This document shows positions 60,301-64,000 of a DNA stretch of 64,000 nt, one piece after another. The stretch lies in NCBI GenBank assembly GCA_965112155.1, contig OZ218102.1, one strand, 5' to 3'. The stretch's first letter is position 1, and the number at the start of each line of letters is the position of its first letter. The DNA is from Podarcis liolepis. Its lineage: Eukaryota. Made by a program: the position numbers and the translations under genes. The notes beneath the pieces were generated by a model. That model ran no database searches and had not been told where the DNA came from. It saw nothing but the letters and a program-made list of their open reading frames with translations.

Positions 60301-62673
60301 GGAAATTACTTGAGATTATTGAGTAAGTTGAAGCACAGTAAGAGAACCCAATGGGGGATGCGAAAGGCATATCTGAACCTTGAGTGTCTTCATGAATGGA
60401 GGGACAAAAAGAGCTGTAGTGTATCCTAAGAAAAGTTGTGACACCAGAAAAAAATAACCGAGGAGGCACAGAAGGGCCAAATTCAGTTGGTAGGTGGGGA
60501 GAAGTTTTGTCTCAGCTGTTAGATTTCCAGAAAAACAACAACATATCATTTCTGTGTGCAATGTCCCTTTCCTTCAAGTAGGTGAAGGGATCCAGCAACA
60601 GAGAATAGTTGGAAAGGTGAGCTTCTTATGTGGGGAGTGTTCACCCACAGCACTCCCCAAGATGACTATGCCTATGAGGACCTTTCCATGTGCAGCTACT
60701 TTATTTGGGCAAAAATGGCTATACTGTCAACAGTAAGGGAAAAAATCATGGTGGCAAACAGCATAAAATCAGCAATGAAAATAAATTCTGAAAACAAGAA
60801 GAAAATACAGCACAATTGTGCCCTCACTCACGGAAGAGCAATGCACTCAGCAAATAAGTAACTAATGGCACAATCCTATTCATGACTACTCAAAAGTAAA
60901 GCCCATTGAGTAAAAAGCCAAAACGCCTTTGTAACTATCAGTTTCAGTTCTTTAAAGCCTTCTGTAAAACAGAGAGGCACTGAGTAATGCAAATGGAGCA
61001 TAAGTACTATTTTTTTTTCCAGGAAACAAGTACATGTAAGGAAAGCTAATCCAATAACCCAAGATCATTCTCCAATTTGACTTTAGATACTGTCAAGTAT
61101 AATGTCATATTCACTGAGCCAGAGGGGGAGCCTTTTAATGTCTTTTAATGCCTAATTTGGAAACAATAGCATAGCAGGGCCTTTGAAATTATTGACTTCT
61201 AGGGAATGCTCAGGACCACGCTGCCATAACGTTTTCATTCTGTTTGACATCAGTGGGTACATTAACAAGAAAGTTAATTATGGATGCAAAAGAGCTGAGT
61301 TGAGTCAAGCTATGGACACTGCTGTCCATAGTTTAGGTTGCCCTGAGGAATTATGTTCCGCGTCCTGCTGATGAATGAGTGAGCCAAAATTCACATTTCT
61401 GCCTTTAGAAAAGAAAAGAACAAAATGCAGATATGATTCTGAAAGCCCTTTTCAGGTGTGTGAGAAAAATAGGGTTCAAACTGATTGGAATTCCTCTAGG
61501 GGAAAGTGGTCATTGACCCATTCTACCCTGCCTCCCCCAGACTCTGAACAGAATACTTTTAGTTTTAATTAATGTAATGAGGAAATAAAATCTTAACTGA
61601 GAGGGCTGGATTACATTTACTTGGCTTTCATTGCCTGAATGCCTGGCGTCTTAAAAAACGTATTATTCACACGTTGCTAATGGTATGCACACTGTTAATT
61701 ATCCCAACACGTCTAATTGCTGTTTTCTTAAATAACTACTAGGCCATATGTAAATGATCTTAAAAGCATTAACATTTCATTGTGTGAAAAATTAGAGCAG
61801 CTAACAGATTGGGTGATAGAGCACACAGATTGTACACATTGAGGGGGGATGAGGCTGAGTTGTTGACGGTGAGATTGAAATGTTGAACGCTTGAAGAGAA
61901 GCTGGCAACCTCTGACCCATCTGGATGAAATGGAAGTTGGTTCATTAAAGCTTCATTTAGGGAAAGACTGCCTTAGCCAACAGCCTGCAATGTCCTCCCC
62001 TTTCATTTTTTAAGACTGCCACTCCACTGAGCCATGACCAAATGCTGATTGGATTGTCATTGGCCAAATGCACATTGTCCAGCAGATAATACCCTCCCCA
62101 CAAACCCCATCAGATAACTGGGTTTACTCCGCGATGACAATAGCTCACCTAGAAAAAGAACAATGATTCCTTCCTCAAAGAGATTTTCTTTTTGCCATGA
62201 AATAATAAGTCATCGTTCAGGATCAGACCTTTTACTTGTGCAATTTCCCATCAACACAGAAATTTCTAGTGACGTAAAATTATTCCAGATCAACAGCTAT
62301 CAAGACGTGATCCTTTATGAGTGTGTTGGTCATCCCCAAGTTGATTCAAGGATACATTTTTACATGCGTCCTATGGAACACAGAAAGAAAGCTGGGTTTA
62401 ACTTAATATTGTCCACTCTGACTGGCAGGGTATCAGGCAGAGGGTCTTTCCTATTACCTATTACCTAAAAGGCAAGCAAATAAAAAAACAACACCCTACA
62501 ATCTTAGAGATTTAAGCAAGTGCTCTGCCACTGAACTGTTTTTTCCTAATAAAAAATAAAAATGTGCATAAAAATGCACATATTGGTGAAAATAGCCTAC
62601 AAACCTTGTTGTATTCTACTAAGGTTTACCCAACAAGTAGATTCACTGAAATTAACTTAGTCATGTTCATTAA

Positions 62674-63350
62674 TTTCTTTTTTTTCCAATTTCTTTTTAT
62701 TAATTTTCCAAATTTATAACAAATATCACATACTAAAAAGAGAAATAAAAAAGAAAAAAGAAAAAAAGAAAAACATACAAATAAACACACAATCCTTCTA
62801 GAATCCAATTTAGTTTTCATTGTTAACTGACTTCCTCAAATCCCCCCTAACTGAATTCCATTGTATCCCCTTGTAATAGTTTTCCAATATCTTCTTTCTA
62901 ACAAAATTTACTCCTTCCAATTACTATCTTTACTTCTTTTCGTAATTTCTAAACCCATAATGTTTTACAGTTTAATCATATTCTATTCCTTAGCCAAATT
63001 AGTACTTTCAAGTAGCTTCTACTTGTCTTATACAGTGGTACCTCGGGTTACATACGCTTCAGGTTACAGACTCCGTTAACCCAGAAATAGTACCCCGGGT
63101 TAAGAACTTTGCTTCATAATGAGAACAGAAATTGTGCTCCGGCGGCGCAGCAGCAGCAGGAGGCCCCATTAGCTAAAGTGGTGCTTCAGGTTAAGAACAG
63201 TTTCAGGTTAAGAATGAACCTCCGGAACGAATTAAGTACTTAACCCGAGGTACCACTGTATTACAATATTTAACTAAATAGTCTTTAAATTTCATCCATT
63301 GCTCTTGGTGTTCATCTTCTTTCTGATCGCGGATTCTTCCAATAAGGTTG
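62674..63350 (-). mobile_element. L1 3' fragment (ORF2 C-terminus + 3' UTR) interrupted by a mariner MITE, inside an AGGGATG-family element (~62550-63735)
   Basis: LIGRIRDQKEDEHQEQWMKFKDYLVKYC resembles the squamate L1 ORF2 terminus; T-rich tail; GACTTCC motif. Confidence 0.65.
63033..63258 (-). mobile_element. Tc1/mariner MITE (same family as 30076 and 30391, opposite orientation)
   Basis: TA-CAGTGGTACCTCGGGTTA..TAACCCGAGGTACCACTG-TA. Confidence 0.93.
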
Positions 63351-64000
63351 CCCAGCTCCAATGTCCATTTAATCTTTATTGATTTTAAATATTGAATCCA
63401 TTCACCACAAAAAGAACCAAAGGGGAAAAAAATCACATCAAATACAAAAAACAATTTCTTCCATACATTGAGACTTCCGTCCTTTGTTTCCTTTTTGACT
63501 GCATATTGTATTACTTTTAACTTACCATAAATTATCTATAATTTTTGTAGCATATAACATTACAGAAGTTAATCAAAGCATGTCGAAGATTGTGTATATA
63601 AATTCTCATGAATTTTCATGAGGACTTCTAAAAAATAAAATAAAATTGCAAGCTGATGTGGAAGTCTGGAGAACTGACCCAAAGGTTGGAAAAATTAGAA
63701 ACCGAGAAACTGAAATAGACGTATCCACAAACCCCTAGTGTACACTTTACTATATGAAAAACTATGAAGAATGCCTACCAGCTTTCCCCAACCTGGTGAC
63801 CTCTACTTGGACTGCAACACCTATCAGCCAGAGCTAGCAAGGCCAAATGTTCAGGGATGATGGGAGCTGTTATCCCCAAACACCTGGAGGAACCAGGTTG
63901 AAGAAACCTTTAATTTCCCATTCGGCCAAGGGAAACACTTGGTATTTTACTTTTAGTTCAATCTTCCCTTCAGGGGAAAGGCTGGATTGACAAAAGTGTG

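Noticed and set aside
1-64000. CRISPR arrays, rRNA, prokaryote-type systems, host protein-coding exons
   Set aside because: There are no regularly spaced repeat-spacer arrays or recognisable motifs; the sequence is vertebrate non-coding DNA.

Overview
Non-coding, repeat-rich vertebrate DNA. The repeat content (BovB, Squam3-like and tRNA/CR1-tail SINEs, L2, L1, hAT and Tc1/mariner MITEs) points to a squamate, probably a lacertid lizard. I cannot support any host protein-coding gene, so the window looks intergenic or deep intronic, with several CNE-like blocks. The main feature is a ~6.6-kb four-armed complex of Penelope-like (Poseidon-type: RT + GIY-YIG) retroelement fragments at 6770-13414. 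Diagnostic SNPs resolve it into two independent insertions of two subvariants, placed 3'-end to 3'-end in an (AT)n tract. Each insertion has two inverted arms that both contain the element 3' end: one arm stops at ...AACCTGC and the other carries a 30-nt tail. Every arm carries a minimal hammerhead-ribozyme-like motif. The complex sits inside a TSD-flanked L1 3' remnant, which appears to sit inside an older TIR element. A second, unrelated hammerhead-bearing Penelope-like (Neptune-type) solo pLTR with a 10-bp TSD lies at 57652-57821. Family names come from motif recall, not from database searches.
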